From contig CAWGMQ010000005.1 of assembly GCA_963823665.1 (NCBI GenBank), positions 1,888,001 through 1,952,000 on the forward strand: 64,000 nucleotides of DNA, written 5' to 3'. Positions 42,819 through 53,654 of this stretch are shown piece after piece. Positions within the stretch are counted from its first letter, which is position 1. Each line of letters starts with the position of its first letter. This DNA is from an uncultured Planctomycetota bacterium (GTDB taxonomy: Bacteria; Planctomycetota; Planctomycetia; Isosphaerales; Isosphaeraceae). The notes under the pieces are model-generated. The model did no database searches. It had not been told where the DNA came from and saw only the letters and a list, made by a program, of their open reading frames with translations. The position numbers were made by a program, and so were the translations under genes.

Positions 42819-44180
42819 ATGAAACCATCAGCGCGAATTTCCCGGCGAAGGGTTTTGCGCGGAGCCGGAGCAGTCATTGCGCTGCCGTGGCTGGAAGCGA
42901 TGGCGCCCTTGGCTGCCTGGGCGGACGGAACGGGCTCGGGCAAGGGTGACGCTGTGCCGAGGCGGATGGCGTTTCTGTATGTTCCGAATGGGGTTCACAT
43001 GGCGGACTGGACGCCCAAGGATGTGGGCTCGGGCTTCCAGATCCCGGCGACGCTCAAACCACTCGAGGCGTACAAGGACCACTTGCTCGTGCTCACCGGG
43101 CTTGCCCAGCACAATGCCGAAGCGCTTGGAGATGGGCCTGGCGACCATGCGCGGTCGCTGGCCTGTTTCCTGACTGGCGCTCATCCGCTCAAGACGGACG
43201 GGGCGGGTATTCGGGTTGGGGTGTCGGTCGATCAGGTTGCCGCCGAGAAGCTGGGAAGGCAGACGCGGCTTCCATCGCTTGAGCTCGGCATCGAGCGCGG
43301 GGCGCAATCAGGCAGTTGCGACTCGGGGTATAGCTGCGCGTATTCGTCGAACATCTCGTGGCGGTCGGCGAACATGCCGATGGCAAAGGAGATCAATCCG
43401 AAACTGATATTTGACCGGATGTTTGCCTCAGGCGTGCGCGAGGGATCATCGGGCGATCGAATCAAGCACGATTTATATCAGAAGAGCATCCTGGATCTTG
43501 TCCTCGACGATGCGCAGCAGCTCCGGCGACGGCTCGGCTCGAGTGACCAGCGCAAGATCGATGAGTACTTGACGGCCGTTCGCGAGGTTGAGCTGCGGGT
43601 TACGCAGGCTGGAAACACTGCGAATCGCCTACCGGCAGATGGAGTGACTCGCCCCAAGGGCATACCTGACGACCTTGGCGAGCACATCCGGCTGATGTTT
43701 GATTTGATTGCGTTGTCATTTCAGTGTGATACGACCCGCATTTGTACATTCATGTATGCCAACGAGGGAAGCAACCGGAACTACCCGTCGATCAACGTGA
43801 CGGATGGGCATCACGACCTCTCGCACCACGGGGGTGACATCAAGAAGCACGAGAAGCTGAAGATCATCAATCGGTTCCACATCGAGCAGTTTGCGTATCT
43901 GCTGGGCAAGCTCAAGTCGATTTCGGAGGGGCCGGGCTCGCTGCTCGATAACGTGATGATTGTTTACGGCAGCGGGATCAGCGACGGCGATCGCCATAAT
44001 CACGACGACCTGCCGATCTTGATAGCCGGAAAGGGGGGTGGAACGATCAAACCCGGGAGGCACGTCAAGGTCGAGCCGCAGCCGCTCAATAACCTGTATC
44101 TTGCGATGCTCGAGCGCATGGGCGTTTCGCTGGATCGCCTGGGTGACAGCACGGGGCGGCTCGGTAAGCTCGATGGGTAG
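42819..44180 (+). CDS. DUF1552-family Tat-exported protein
   Basis: SRRRVLRGAGAVIALPWLEAM; YVPNG; CDSGYSCAY; HHDLSHH; YGSGISDGDRHNHDDLP. Confidence 0.93.
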   Translation: MKPSARISRRRVLRGAGAVIALPWLEAMAPLAAWADGTGSGKGDAVPRRMAFLYVPNGVHMADWTPKDVGSGFQIPATLKPLEAYKDHLLVLTGLAQHNAEALGDGPGDHARSLACFLTGAHPLKTDGAGIRVGVSVDQVAAEKLGRQTRLPSLELGIERGAQSGSCDSGYSCAYSSNISWRSANMPMAKEINPKLIFDRMFASGVREGSSGDRIKHDLYQKSILDLVLDDAQQLRRRLGSSDQRKIDEYLTAVREVELRVTQAGNTANRLPADGVTRPKGIPDDLGEHIRLMFDLIALSFQCDTTRICTFMYANEGSNRNYPSINVTDGHHDLSHHGGDIKKHEKLKIINRFHIEQFAYLLGKLKSISEGPGSLLDNVMIVYGSGISDGDRHNHDDLPILIAGKGGGTIKPGRHVKVEPQPLNNLYLAMLERMGVSLDRLGDSTGRLGKLDG

Positions 44181-44210
44181 CGAGTTTGGTCGTGTCGTGT
44201 CGATGCTCGC

Positions 44211-45112
44211 TCAATCTTCTTTCTCGGCTTCGAGCTGTTTCTTGGCCTGGGCAATGATCAAGCGCTGTTCCTTGGACATTTCGGGATACTGGACATTGAG
44301 CGACTCGACGGCGTTCGTGAGGATCCGGGCGACCAGGCGCGGCTGACCCATTTATGATCCGCGGGGATGATGTACCAGGGGGCCCACTTGGTGCTGGTTG
44401 CGCTGATGGCATCTTCAAAGGCCTTCATGTAATCCTTCCAGAAACCTCGTTCCTTGAGATCGTCCGGCGAGAACTTCCATTGTTTCCCTGGGTCTTTGAG
44501 GCGTTTGAGAAATCGTTTGCGTTGTTCGTCCTTGGACAGGTGAAGGAAGAACTTGAGAATGACGGTGCCGTTGTGGGTGAGATGATGCTCAAACCCGTTG
44601 ATATCGGCATAGCGCTGGGTCCAGAAATCGTCGTCGACCCTGGTATCGGGAATGTGCTCGGCTTCAACCAGTTCGGGGTGAACCTTCACCACGAGCACTT
44701 CCTCATAGTAGGAACGATTGAAGATACCGATGCGGCCGCGCTCAGGGGCTGCGCGAGCATATCGCCAGAGGAAGTTATGGCTGAGCTCTTCGGCCGAGGG
44801 GTGCTTGAAGCTGGTGACCTGGCAACCTTGAGGATTGAGACCCGACATGACGTGTTTGATGGTGCTATCCTTACCTGCGGCATCCATTGCTTGAAGGATG
44901 ACGAGGATCGACCACTTATTGGCGGCGTACAAGCGGTCCTGGACCGTGGCGAGTGCGGTGACGTCCTGAGAAAGTACTTCTTCGGCGAATCGTTTGCGGT
45001 CTGCTTTGGGGAGCTTGGGATCGCCATTCCAGCCGGGGTCATAATCTTTGAGGTTGATGGATTTGCCGTGAGGAACACGCCAGAGATCGATGATTTCTTC
45101 AGTTGGTGTCAT
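44211..45112 (-). CDS. ppk2: Polyphosphate kinase 2 family protein; frameshift near 44340
   Basis: [48 protein letters not shown]; the likely true C-term ..[19 protein letters not shown] ends at 44211. Confidence 0.92.
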
Positions 45113-45387
45113 GGTGATATTCAGGATTTGCGGAAAGGTGGATCAGAGAATGGCCGAATCGGCTGGATCGCGGTGTGCAAGGGGGCAACCCACGCGAGTA
45201 CTTCTCTTGTATGGGATCTCGAGCGGCGCGTCGAGTTGGTTGCCCCGACCTTGGCTGCGGATAACCACTTCATTACAATAGAAACAAGGTCAAGCCAAGT
45301 ATCATGTTAAGAATTGGAAGCGGCGTAGGTGGCCGTGAGATTGACGGCTGCTAATCATGTTCTGGGTCGGTCGCGAAATCTTTTTCC

Positions 45388-46566
45388 GTGAGGTGTTATG
45401 TGCCGGCCGTTGCGCCAACGACATCCAGGCTACCTGTCCTCTCCGCCTCAATGGAAACGTGGTGTGGATGGATGGCGGAGCGAGGATTTCCGGCTTACCG
45501 TGCGCGGCAAGTGCTCGACTGGATCGTGCGCCGGCGAGCTGAATCGTTTGAGGTGATGTCCGACCTTCCCAGGGTGTTGCGCGAGGAACTTGAGCGAGAG
45601 TGGACGGTTTTCGGCACGCAGGTGGCTTATCACGATGTTGCTCCGGATGGCACGGACAAGCTGGTGCTGGAGTGTTATGACGACCGCCGGATCGAGTGCG
45701 TGTTGATGGCTGAGGGCACGCGCCGGACGGTGTGCATCAGCACGCAGGTCGGGTGCGGGATGGGCTGTGTTTTTTGTGCGAGCGGGCTCAACGGGGTTGA
45801 GCGCAACCTGGGTGCTCACGAGATCCTCGAGCAGGTGTTGCGTCTGCGCAACCTGCTACCGCCGGAAGAGGCAATCAGCCACGTCGTTGTGATGGGAATG
45901 GGAGAGAGCCTGGCGAACCTCGACAACCTGATTGCGGCGCTGGATTGGCTTTGCTCCGCACGTCATGGGTTAGGGATCAGCCAGCGCAGGGTGACGATCT
46001 CGACGGTGGGTTTACCCGAAAAGATTCGCAAGCTGGCGGCGATGGACCGGCAATATCATCTCGCCGTGTCGCTGCACGCGCCGAATGAAGCATTGAGGAA
46101 CAGGCTGGTGCCGGTCAATGAAGCGATCGGGCTGGAGGCGGTGATCGCGGCCGCTGACGCCTATTTTGAGCAAACCGGCCGGCAGATTACTTATGAGTAT
46201 GTTTTGCTGCGTGGCGTCAATGATCGTTCAACCGATGCGAGGGACCTTGGCCGCCTGCTGGCGGCACGAGGGGCGCATGTCAATTTGATTCCTTATAATC
46301 CGGTTGCAAATCTGCCGTTCGAGCGACCGGATCGCGAGACGATCAGGCGGTTCGTGGCGATCGTGCGCCAGTGGAATGTCAGTGTGACGGTGCGCAAAAC
46401 CAAAGGGCGGGCGATTGATGCAGCGTGTGGCCAGCTTCGCCGGCGATTGGATCAGGATCGGCCGGTTATCCACGAGCCGGCCGGGGAGCGCGGAGCCAAG
46501 ATTGATCTTGGGGGTGGCACGACGCCTGCCAACCACGCGTCTGATTGCGTCGACCTATCGTCCTGA
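45388..46566 (+). CDS. rlmN: 23S rRNA m2A2503 radical-SAM methyltransferase RlmN
   Basis: CISTQVGCGMGCVFCASG, MGMGE, SLHAP, NLIPYN, AACGQL. Start approximate. Confidence 0.95.
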   Translation: MRCYVPAVAPTTSRLPVLSASMETWCGWMAERGFPAYRARQVLDWIVRRRAESFEVMSDLPRVLREELEREWTVFGTQVAYHDVAPDGTDKLVLECYDDRRIECVLMAEGTRRTVCISTQVGCGMGCVFCASGLNGVERNLGAHEILEQVLRLRNLLPPEEAISHVVVMGMGESLANLDNLIAALDWLCSARHGLGISQRRVTISTVGLPEKIRKLAAMDRQYHLAVSLHAPNEALRNRLVPVNEAIGLEAVIAAADAYFEQTGRQITYEYVLLRGVNDRSTDARDLGRLLAARGAHVNLIPYNPVANLPFERPDRETIRRFVAIVRQWNVSVTVRKTKGRAIDAACGQLRRRLDQDRPVIHEPAGERGAKIDLGGGTTPANHASDCVDLSS

Positions 46567-46627
46567 CAGTTTGCGGCTACGAGAGTTCTGGACGGGAACG
46601 ACTGGCTTTTCGCGGGAGGCTGCGTCG

Positions 46628-47275
46628 GTGGTTGCAGAGGCCGAGCACCTGGAACAACAGTTAGAGGCGCGTGATCCGGACGTCCGGCTGATGATCCAGG
46701 TTCGTACGGAGGTTGCCGGAGCATTCGAGACCCTGGTCGAGAGGTATCAGAATCGGCTGATGGGGATCTTGTTCCACCTGGTTGGCAATCGTGAGGAGGC
46801 AGAGGACCTTTGCCAGGAGGTTTTTCTGCGAATTTACAGGGCGAGGAAGGGCTATCGCCCTCGTGCCAAGTTTTCCACGTGGCTTTTCACCATTGCGAAC
46901 AATCTGGCGCTCAATCACTTGAGGAGCAAGGGCCGTAACGCGAGTGTGCCGATGGGACGCACGACCAATGATTCGAGCGCGGGATTCCTGGTTGCTCAAC
47001 AGCTTGCGGGGCGTGAGGGTACTCCTTCCACAGAAATGCGGCAGGCCGAACTGGCGGACCTGGTGCGCGAGGCAGTTGCGGTGCTCAGCGAAGACCAGAA
47101 GCTGGCGGTGTTGCTCAACAAGTTCGAGGAGATGAGCTACGCCGAGATCGCTGACGTGATGGGGCGCTCGCCTGCGGCTGTGAAATCACTGCTGGCACGT
47201 GCCCGAAACCAGCTTCGTGAGCAGCTCGAGCCTTATCTCCTCACGGGACAGCGCAGCACCGGCGGACCTGTCTAA
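46628..47275 (+). CDS. ECF RNA polymerase sigma factor
   Basis: EAEDLCQEVFLR, FSTWLFTIANN, MSYAEIADVMG..VKSLLARAR; GGGAGG RBS before GTG. Confidence 0.93.
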   Translation: MVAEAEHLEQQLEARDPDVRLMIQVRTEVAGAFETLVERYQNRLMGILFHLVGNREEAEDLCQEVFLRIYRARKGYRPRAKFSTWLFTIANNLALNHLRSKGRNASVPMGRTTNDSSAGFLVAQQLAGREGTPSTEMRQAELADLVREAVAVLSEDQKLAVLLNKFEEMSYAEIADVMGRSPAAVKSLLARARNQLREQLEPYLLTGQRSTGGPV

Positions 47276-47288
47276 CAAGATTTGACAT

Positions 47289-48089
47289 ATGCGACTCTGT
47301 GAACGGTTCTCTCCGTTGATATCACTGAGAAAGACCGCGGCAGGTTGGTTGAGCAACCTGAGCGAGGCGCTCAATGCCTTGGTCTTTCCGTGGTCGTGTG
47401 CGCTGTGCGAGATGGAGGGCGTGAGCGGGCCTTTGTGCGAAGCGTGCCGGCAAGGTTTGCTAGAGAGTGCGAGTGCAGGCAGAGAATCCGTGTGTCCGCG
47501 CTGTGCTCTCAAGGCGGGTCCATTTGCAGATTTACGCGGTGGATGCGCAGCGTGCCGGGACCGTGCGCTCGGTTTCGACGCGGCGGTTGCGCTGGGGGCA
47601 TATGAGGGTGAACTTCGCGAATTATGTCTGCGGCTCAAACACGAGCGCAATGCCTGGTTGGCACCGTGTCTCAGTCAACTACTTGTCGAGGCCCGGCGCG
47701 ATGCCTTCAGCGCTCTTTGCAGTGATCAAGCCTTGGTCGTTCCGGTTCCGCTGCACTGGTGGCGCTACTGGCGGCGTGGGTATAACCAGGCGGAGGCGCT
47801 GGCCGAGGGTATAGCAAAGCAACTCAAGCTGCCGATCCGCCGCTCACTCAAGCGAACGGTGGGTACGCGGCAGCTCGCGGGACTGAGTCGTACGGCACGC
47901 GGTAAAGTTGTCCACGATGTCTTTCACGCCCGAGCCGGTTCCAAGATGACGAGGCGCACTGTACTTCTGGTCGATGACGTTCTGACGACGGGAGCTACTT
48001 GCGGCGCGGCTGCCAGGGCGCTCAAGAAGGCTGGTGCTGCACGTGTTGTGGTCGCCGTTATCGCTCGCACCGAGCAAACCGCTGTGTGA
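47289..48089 (+). CDS. comF: ComF family phosphoribosyltransferase-like protein
   Basis: Four CxxC pairs; PVPLH, RGYNQA, LLVDDVLTTGAT. Confidence 0.92.
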   Translation: MRLCERFSPLISLRKTAAGWLSNLSEALNALVFPWSCALCEMEGVSGPLCEACRQGLLESASAGRESVCPRCALKAGPFADLRGGCAACRDRALGFDAAVALGAYEGELRELCLRLKHERNAWLAPCLSQLLVEARRDAFSALCSDQALVVPVPLHWWRYWRRGYNQAEALAEGIAKQLKLPIRRSLKRTVGTRQLAGLSRTARGKVVHDVFHARAGSKMTRRTVLLVDDVLTTGATCGAAARALKKAGAARVVVAVIARTEQTAV

Positions 48090-48117
48090 CAGAGATCCGA
48101 TGGGTAGCATCCGAGGC

Positions 48118-49071
48118 ATGGAAAGGTCGATCCGCATCGGTACTCGTGGCAGCCGCCTTGCGCGCTGGCAAGCGAACTGGGTGGCTGAGGAGCTTTGTGC
48201 GCTTCATCCAGGTTTGACCACCGAGCTCGTGGAGATCAAAACGGAGGGGGATCGCGATCGCAACTCGCCACTTGCCGCGATCGGGGGTATGGGCATCTTC
48301 ACCAAGGAGATTCAACGGGCGGTGCTCGAAAACTCGATCGACCTGGCCGTGCACAGCTTGAAGGATCTCCCGACTCAGCAGAATGAGGGTCTCGTGCTGG
48401 CGGCGGTACCGGCACGGGAGGATATAGCGGATGCTCTTATTGCGCCGCGCTATCAAACGCTCGCCGCTTTGCCGGTTACTGCTCGGATTGGCACTAGCTC
48501 GCCGCGCCGGCGCGCTCAACTATTGTTCCTGCGCCCGGATCTAGAAGTCGTATCGCTTCGGGGCAATGTAGAGACACGAGTCAACAGTGTAGTTGAAGGA
48601 CGGCTCGACGCCGTGGTCCTGGCCTGGGCAGGCTTGCATCGGCTTGGGCTCGAGCACCACGTCACTCAGAGGTTGGGACCACCTGAGTTCCTACCGGCAG
48701 TGGGACAGGGAGCCCTGGGACTTGAGTGCCGGCGCGATGACGCGGCACTCGAGGCTTTGCTCAAACCACTCAATCACCAGCCGACCTACCGGGCCGTGCT
48801 GGCTGAGCGAGCCGTGCTGGCCGCACTCAAGGGCGGCTGCACTCTGCCAATGGCCGCGTGGGCTCGCGATCTAGCTGATGGCGAAGCGGAGCAGACGGCG
48901 CTGAAGCTGGCCCTCGATGCGGCCGTCTTCGACACGAATGGCCGCGAGTGCATCGTGGTTTCGCTTTGCGGATCGCACCATGACCCGGAAGGCTTTGGCA
49001 AGCAGGTCGCTGAGGCGCTTTTCGAACGTGGTGCGGAACGCCTGCTGGCTCGCGTCGATTCGCGAGCGTAA
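48118..49071 (+). CDS. hemC: Hydroxymethylbilane synthase
   Basis: IGTRGSRLARWQ, FTKEI, AVHSLKDLP, GTSSPRR, RGNVETR, PAVGQGAL, GGCTLP. Confidence 0.97.
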   Translation: MERSIRIGTRGSRLARWQANWVAEELCALHPGLTTELVEIKTEGDRDRNSPLAAIGGMGIFTKEIQRAVLENSIDLAVHSLKDLPTQQNEGLVLAAVPAREDIADALIAPRYQTLAALPVTARIGTSSPRRRAQLLFLRPDLEVVSLRGNVETRVNSVVEGRLDAVVLAWAGLHRLGLEHHVTQRLGPPEFLPAVGQGALGLECRRDDAALEALLKPLNHQPTYRAVLAERAVLAALKGGCTLPMAAWARDLADGEAEQTALKLALDAAVFDTNGRECIVVSLCGSHHDPEGFGKQVAEALFERGAERLLARVDSRA

Positions 49072-49438
49072 TAGTTGCTCAAGAGCGCGCAATCCGGATT
49101 ATCACGACATGTCAAAGGGCATGACGGACGGGCGATGGACTTACAAGTCGTCGGTTGTTCATCGTCGCTCTGGGGTATCAGATTCGTGTGACAGGCTTAC
49201 TTTCTTGCCCGTTCCAAATGCTTGGCAAACCGGGATCCATTTTCTTGGTTATCAACCGAATCAACGGACTGCGCAATCCGATATTCGAGAAAGGGGACGT
49301 GCTTGTGTGTGCAGTGCGTTTCCCGTTGATGATGTTTCGATTGGCGGGCCATGGGCTGCTTGAGCTGTCGTGCCAAAGCGGGCCCAAGGGATCGGCCGAG
49401 ATAATCCATCGTGCGGCCAACAGGGCGGATTCACCTTG

Positions 49439-50635
49439 ATGGCGATCTTCCGTACACCGAACGCGAGGCCCGTGGACGAAGCCCAAAGGCTTTGGCTGCG
49501 AACTTCTGGACGGAGTGTGTCAAGGTTGCTGCGCAGTGGTACTAACCGCAGGCCGAGGGTGACTCCGATCGAGGTGGGGCTTTTCGTCCTCGTGGCCTCA
49601 ACTGCGATGGCGATTGCGTCCATCTCGCTCTGGTGGATACCGGTCTATCTCATCGCCGTGGTCGTCGTCTTTGTCACGCCGGCAAAGCGGAAAGCATCGT
49701 CAACTGTTTCAGAATCGAGCGTGGAATCTGATGCGGACTGCATCGTCTCTCACGATTCGAGTTTACGAGTCGATTGTGCTCACGGCCCGGACGAAATCTG
49801 TTCCGTCAGCCAATTGGACTCGGAACTGGCGAATGTCGATACGGCAGGGTCAACCGATTCCAACGCTGATCTGATTGTGGCAGGTGCGACGAAACGCCGT
49901 GGCCGAGTCCGAGCACGGAAGGTAACGAGCCCGGTCAATGGGCCGGTGACTGATTGTCGTCCGGTTGCCTGGGTTCAGGTCGGCCCTGGTAAGTTCGTTC
50001 GGGTTGAAGGCGGTGTTCAAGGCGCTGATTCAGCGCAGGTCGATGAAGTTGCGACGCGGGTTAATCCCGAGTCGGAAACTCCCGTGGAAATGCCATCGTC
50101 CACACAAGCAGAAACCGAGCCGTCGACGGAACTGGAGCCATTCACCTCGCCAGGGATTTTCCCGGGTGAGGTTGGCTTGAATTCCGTCTCGGATGGTTGT
50201 GACTCGGAACCGGTCGCTGAAGAGTATGGTATCGCACCCTCTGCCTTCAGTCCGGCGACGGGAGACGATCCCTCGCTCGATGCTTCTATGGATGATCTGG
50301 CGGGTGAAGTCGATGAATCAGAGACCGAGACGACCGCTCCTGGCGAACCTAGCAGCTTGCGTTTACCGAGTGGACAAGACGACGGGCCGTTCCTTTATCA
50401 ACGGAGGATATCGAGGAGCTGGGTGAGGCGGATTCAGCGCGAAACTGCTCATGTAGTTCCGCGTGCGGATCGAGTATCGCGACGAAGCGTCGCGTTAAAG
50501 TCTAGCAGCTCTCGGCATTCGGTTGGGTTGATGCATGGCCCGAGTATGTCGCGCCACAAGGTCGAAGTCTGTGCCTGCCGGCGCATGGTCCATGTTCAGC
50601 GTCCCACACGAACGCGTTCACCGCCTTGCCGTTGA
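49439..50635 (+). CDS. Hypothetical membrane-anchored protein with a long acidic disordered region
   Basis: Hydrophobic segment, motif WVQVGPGKFVRVE, basic C-terminus ending RSPP. Confidence 0.6.
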   Translation: MAIFRTPNARPVDEAQRLWLRTSGRSVSRLLRSGTNRRPRVTPIEVGLFVLVASTAMAIASISLWWIPVYLIAVVVVFVTPAKRKASSTVSESSVESDADCIVSHDSSLRVDCAHGPDEICSVSQLDSELANVDTAGSTDSNADLIVAGATKRRGRVRARKVTSPVNGPVTDCRPVAWVQVGPGKFVRVEGGVQGADSAQVDEVATRVNPESETPVEMPSSTQAETEPSTELEPFTSPGIFPGEVGLNSVSDGCDSEPVAEEYGIAPSAFSPATGDDPSLDASMDDLAGEVDESETETTAPGEPSSLRLPSGQDDGPFLYQRRISRSWVRRIQRETAHVVPRADRVSRRSVALKSSSSRHSVGLMHGPSMSRHKVEVCACRRMVHVQRPTRTRSPPCR

Positions 50636-50644
50636 TGGGATGGA

Positions 50645-51685
50645 CTAGATGATCAGCATCGCGTCGCCGTAACTATAGAATCGATAATGTTCTCGGACAG
50701 CTTCAGCGTAGGCGGCTCGAATCAGATCGATGCCGGCGAATGCGCTCACCAAGACAAGCAAACTACTACGTGGAAGATGAAAGTTCGTGATCAGGGCGTC
50801 GAGCCCACGAAAGACGTGGCCTGGGCGGATGAACATAGTTGTTTCACCCCGAAACGGCTGCAACGTTCCTCCGGCAGAAGCGGTTTCGAGAACTCGGGCC
50901 GATGTGGTCCCAACCGCTATAACCCTGCCGCGCTCGAACCGGTGTGCCTCAATACTTGCAGCGACTTCCGGGGACAATTCCGCCCATTCGGGGTGCAATT
51001 CGTGCTCTTCGAGTTGTTCTACCTTGATCGGATAAAATGTACCGAGGCCGACATGAAGGACCAGATCGACCCAACTGATTTTCGCGCTCGCGAGACGCGC
51101 GAAGAGTTCTTCGGTAAAATGAAGTCCTGCCGTCGGGGCAGCGACTGAGCCGGAGCGTTCGGCATAGATCGTCTGGTAGGTAAGCCCTTCGCCAGGTGAC
51201 GGATGCCCGCGCCGGATGTACGGCGGCAAAGGAGTTTGGCCGTGCTTTTCTAACAGACTCCAGATAGTTTCATGGTGGATGTTGTATCCGCCGGGCTTGA
51301 CAATCCACGATCCAGATGGGGTCTTGCTTTTCAGCACAAGATGTAAATCCATATTTATCGTTATGTGTTCACCTTGTATGGGCCGGCCTCGCGTTCTTGC
51401 AAGTACTTCCCAGGTGCCTTCAGGCAATTCACGCAGGAACAGCCCCTCCCATTTTCCATCGGTTGCCACCCGGCGCCCGACGAGTCGAGCCGGCACGACG
51501 CGCGAGTGGTTTCGAACCAAGAGATCGCCGGGATGCAAAAGATCAGGAAGGTCGCGGAAGGTTCGATGTTCCCAGCAGCCGCGCTGTCGGTCGATGACCA
51601 TCAATCTTGAACGATCGCGTGGTTCGACAGGTTGCTGTGCAATCAGCTCGTCAGGCAAATCAAAGTTGAATATGGATGTAAGCAA
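50645..51685 (-). CDS. queA: S-adenosylmethionine:tRNA ribosyltransferase-isomerase
   Basis: FDLPDELIAQ, PLPPYI, YQT, AAPTAGLHF, LHVGLGTF, VGTT, TNFHLPRS, YRFYSYGDAM. Confidence 0.97.
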   Translation of the reverse strand: MLTSIFNFDLPDELIAQQPVEPRDRSRLMVIDRQRGCWEHRTFRDLPDLLHPGDLLVRNHSRVVPARLVGRRVATDGKWEGLFLRELPEGTWEVLARTRGRPIQGEHITINMDLHLVLKSKTPSGSWIVKPGGYNIHHETIWSLLEKHGQTPLPPYIRRGHPSPGEGLTYQTIYAERSGSVAAPTAGLHFTEELFARLASAKISWVDLVLHVGLGTFYPIKVEQLEEHELHPEWAELSPEVAASIEAHRFERGRVIAVGTTSARVLETASAGGTLQPFRGETTMFIRPGHVFRGLDALITNFHLPRSSLLVLVSAFAGIDLIRAAYAEAVREHYRFYSYGDAMLII

Positions 51686-51686
51686 A

Positions 51687-52136
51687 ATGATTGATCTCTT
51701 GCATAACGAGTCGTCGTCAAGAACGCCATCGGCTCCTGAACTGGAGTCATGTGATTCCAGTCGACTCGGGATTCTGTTGTGTCGGGATCTGATCTTCACA
51801 ACGAAGATCCAGAGAACTGCAACTGATCTTGGCTACCAGATCATGGTCATCGGTGAGGTGTCAAAGGCAAGATGGGAGATCGAATCAAAACGCCCGCGGT
51901 TGCTCTTGATCGACTTGACGACCCGCGAGTTATGCGTTTCTTCTTTACTGAGCGAGTATGTGGCGCTTGCCGGTCTCGAGACCTGGCTGGTGGCGTTCGG
52001 ACCTCACGTCGAGTCGGAGACGCTTGCTGGAGCGAAAGCTGCAGGTTGCCGGGTTGTCCTGACGCGCAGCAAGCTTGCAAGCGATTTACCCAACCTGCTT
52101 CGTTTCTACTTCAGCCACCTTCCGGGAGATGATTAA
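51687..52136 (+). CDS. Atypical receiver-domain-like protein
   Basis: GILLCRDLIFTTKI..LLLIDL..VAFGPHV..AKAAGC..LTRSK; start uncertain (abuts the queA start). Confidence 0.65.
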   Translation: MIDLLHNESSSRTPSAPELESCDSSRLGILLCRDLIFTTKIQRTATDLGYQIMVIGEVSKARWEIESKRPRLLLIDLTTRELCVSSLLSEYVALAGLETWLVAFGPHVESETLAGAKAAGCRVVLTRSKLASDLPNLLRFYFSHLPGDD

Positions 52137-52174
52137 CACAACTGCGAGTTGAGAAAGGCTGATGACGTGTCAAT

Positions 52175-53515
52175 TCAAGCTTTGACGATGCGCTCACGGT
52201 AAGCTGAAACGTTCTTGGTTGCATTTCGCGTATCGATCACGAGCGAAGAGTGTTCGACAATCCATGACCAATCATACGTTGAATGATCGGTTACAATCAC
52301 CACGCAGTCCTGGCAATGGAGGAAGTCAGGCGTTAGCTCCTGGCTGGCCATCGAGAGGTGAGGATAGCGCCGCATCACGGGTAGCGTAGGGATAAGTGGG
52401 TCGTGGTATTGCACGATTGCACCGCGGTGCAAGAGAAGGTGCATCAATTCGAATCCCGGGGACTCGCGGGGATCGTCGACATTTTTTTTATAGGCCATAC
52501 CAAGAAGGAGGATCTGGCTGCTTTTAAGAGGCTTGGTCCGGTCATTGAGTGCATTCACAATTCTTTCCACCACGTAGGACGGCATCGCGGTGTTGATCTC
52601 TCCGGCGAGCTCGATGAACCGGGTTGCCATTCCAAATTTTCGTGCGATCCAGGTCAAGTAGAACGGATCAATTGGTATGCAGTGGCCTCCCAAGCCTGGG
52701 CCTGGGAAAAAAGCCTGAAAGCCAAACGGTTTGGTGCTGGCCGCATCGATGACTTCCCAGATATCAATACCCATGCGATCGTATAGAACCTTGAGTTCGT
52801 TGACCAGCGCGATGTTGACGGCCCGGTAGGTGTTCTCAAGGATCTTGCAGGCTTCTGCAATTTCGGGGCTTGACACTGCTACAACTTCAACAACGACCTG
52901 GTCGTAAAGCATGGCAGCCAACTCGAGGCTAGCTGGATCCATTCCTCCGACGACCTTGGGAATCGTTGGTGCGGAGTGCTCAGGGTTTCCTGGATCTTCT
53001 CGTTCCGGGCTGTAAGCCAGGAAAAAATCGGTTCCCGAGCGGAGCCCGGTTGCTTCAAGGAGAGGAAGAACGACCTGGCGTGTCGTTCCAGGATAAGTGG
53101 TGCTCTCGAGTATGACGAGCTGTCCCTGCCGCAACCGGGATGCAATCATCTGTGATGACTCGGTTACGAACGTCAGGTCAGGATCACGGGTTGGGGAAAG
53201 TGGTGTGGGGACACAGATCAAGATCACATCAGGCTCGTCGAGGCGCTCGAAGATGCATGTTGCCTCGAAACGGTTGTGGTTCTGGCCGATCATCGTAGAG
53301 GAGATGTGGCCAATGTAGCTTTCGCCGCGCTCCAGCTTGGAAACCTTTGACGGATCACTGTCGAAACCGAGTACAGCAAAGCCCCTGTGGGCGAAGGCCA
53401 GGGCCAAAGGAAGCCCGACATATCCCAAGCCGATGACTCCGATGCGAGCCTCGATAGCCTCGATCTTGGCATGAAGAGACTTGAAGGGGTTCGGGACCTG
53501 AATGTGCTCTGACAT
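52175..53515 (-). CDS. Nucleotide-sugar (UDP-GlcNAc-type) 6-dehydrogenase
   Basis: GLGYVGLP, CVPTP, ESTTYPGTT, SPEREDPG, ENTYRAVNIA, GGHCIPIDP, YKKNVDDPRESP. Confidence 0.95.
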   Translation of the reverse strand: MSEHIQVPNPFKSLHAKIEAIEARIGVIGLGYVGLPLALAFAHRGFAVLGFDSDPSKVSKLERGESYIGHISSTMIGQNHNRFEATCIFERLDEPDVILICVPTPLSPTRDPDLTFVTESSQMIASRLRQGQLVILESTTYPGTTRQVVLPLLEATGLRSGTDFFLAYSPEREDPGNPEHSAPTIPKVVGGMDPASLELAAMLYDQVVVEVVAVSSPEIAEACKILENTYRAVNIALVNELKVLYDRMGIDIWEVIDAASTKPFGFQAFFPGPGLGGHCIPIDPFYLTWIARKFGMATRFIELAGEINTAMPSYVVERIVNALNDRTKPLKSSQILLLGMAYKKNVDDPRESPGFELMHLLLHRGAIVQYHDPLIPTLPVMRRYPHLSMASQELTPDFLHCQDCVVIVTDHSTYDWSWIVEHSSLVIDTRNATKNVSAYRERIVKA

Positions 53516-53654
53516 GAAACGGTCTCGTGTGTCGATCGTCCGATGCCGACCCTCCGAAGGCAGCGAAATAGTACACGTTATCCCATGACAGACGGCAGTC
53601 CAATCCAGCGGAGGTAGTCGGTCGGTAATATCTGCATACTCTAGAGCAGGCGAT

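Noticed and set aside
47280..47307. ATATGTCAAAT (minus strand) as the XerD arm of a dif site
   Set aside because: The XerC-side arm does not match, it lies outside the apparent skew switch, and it is equally explained as a TTGACA -35 box.
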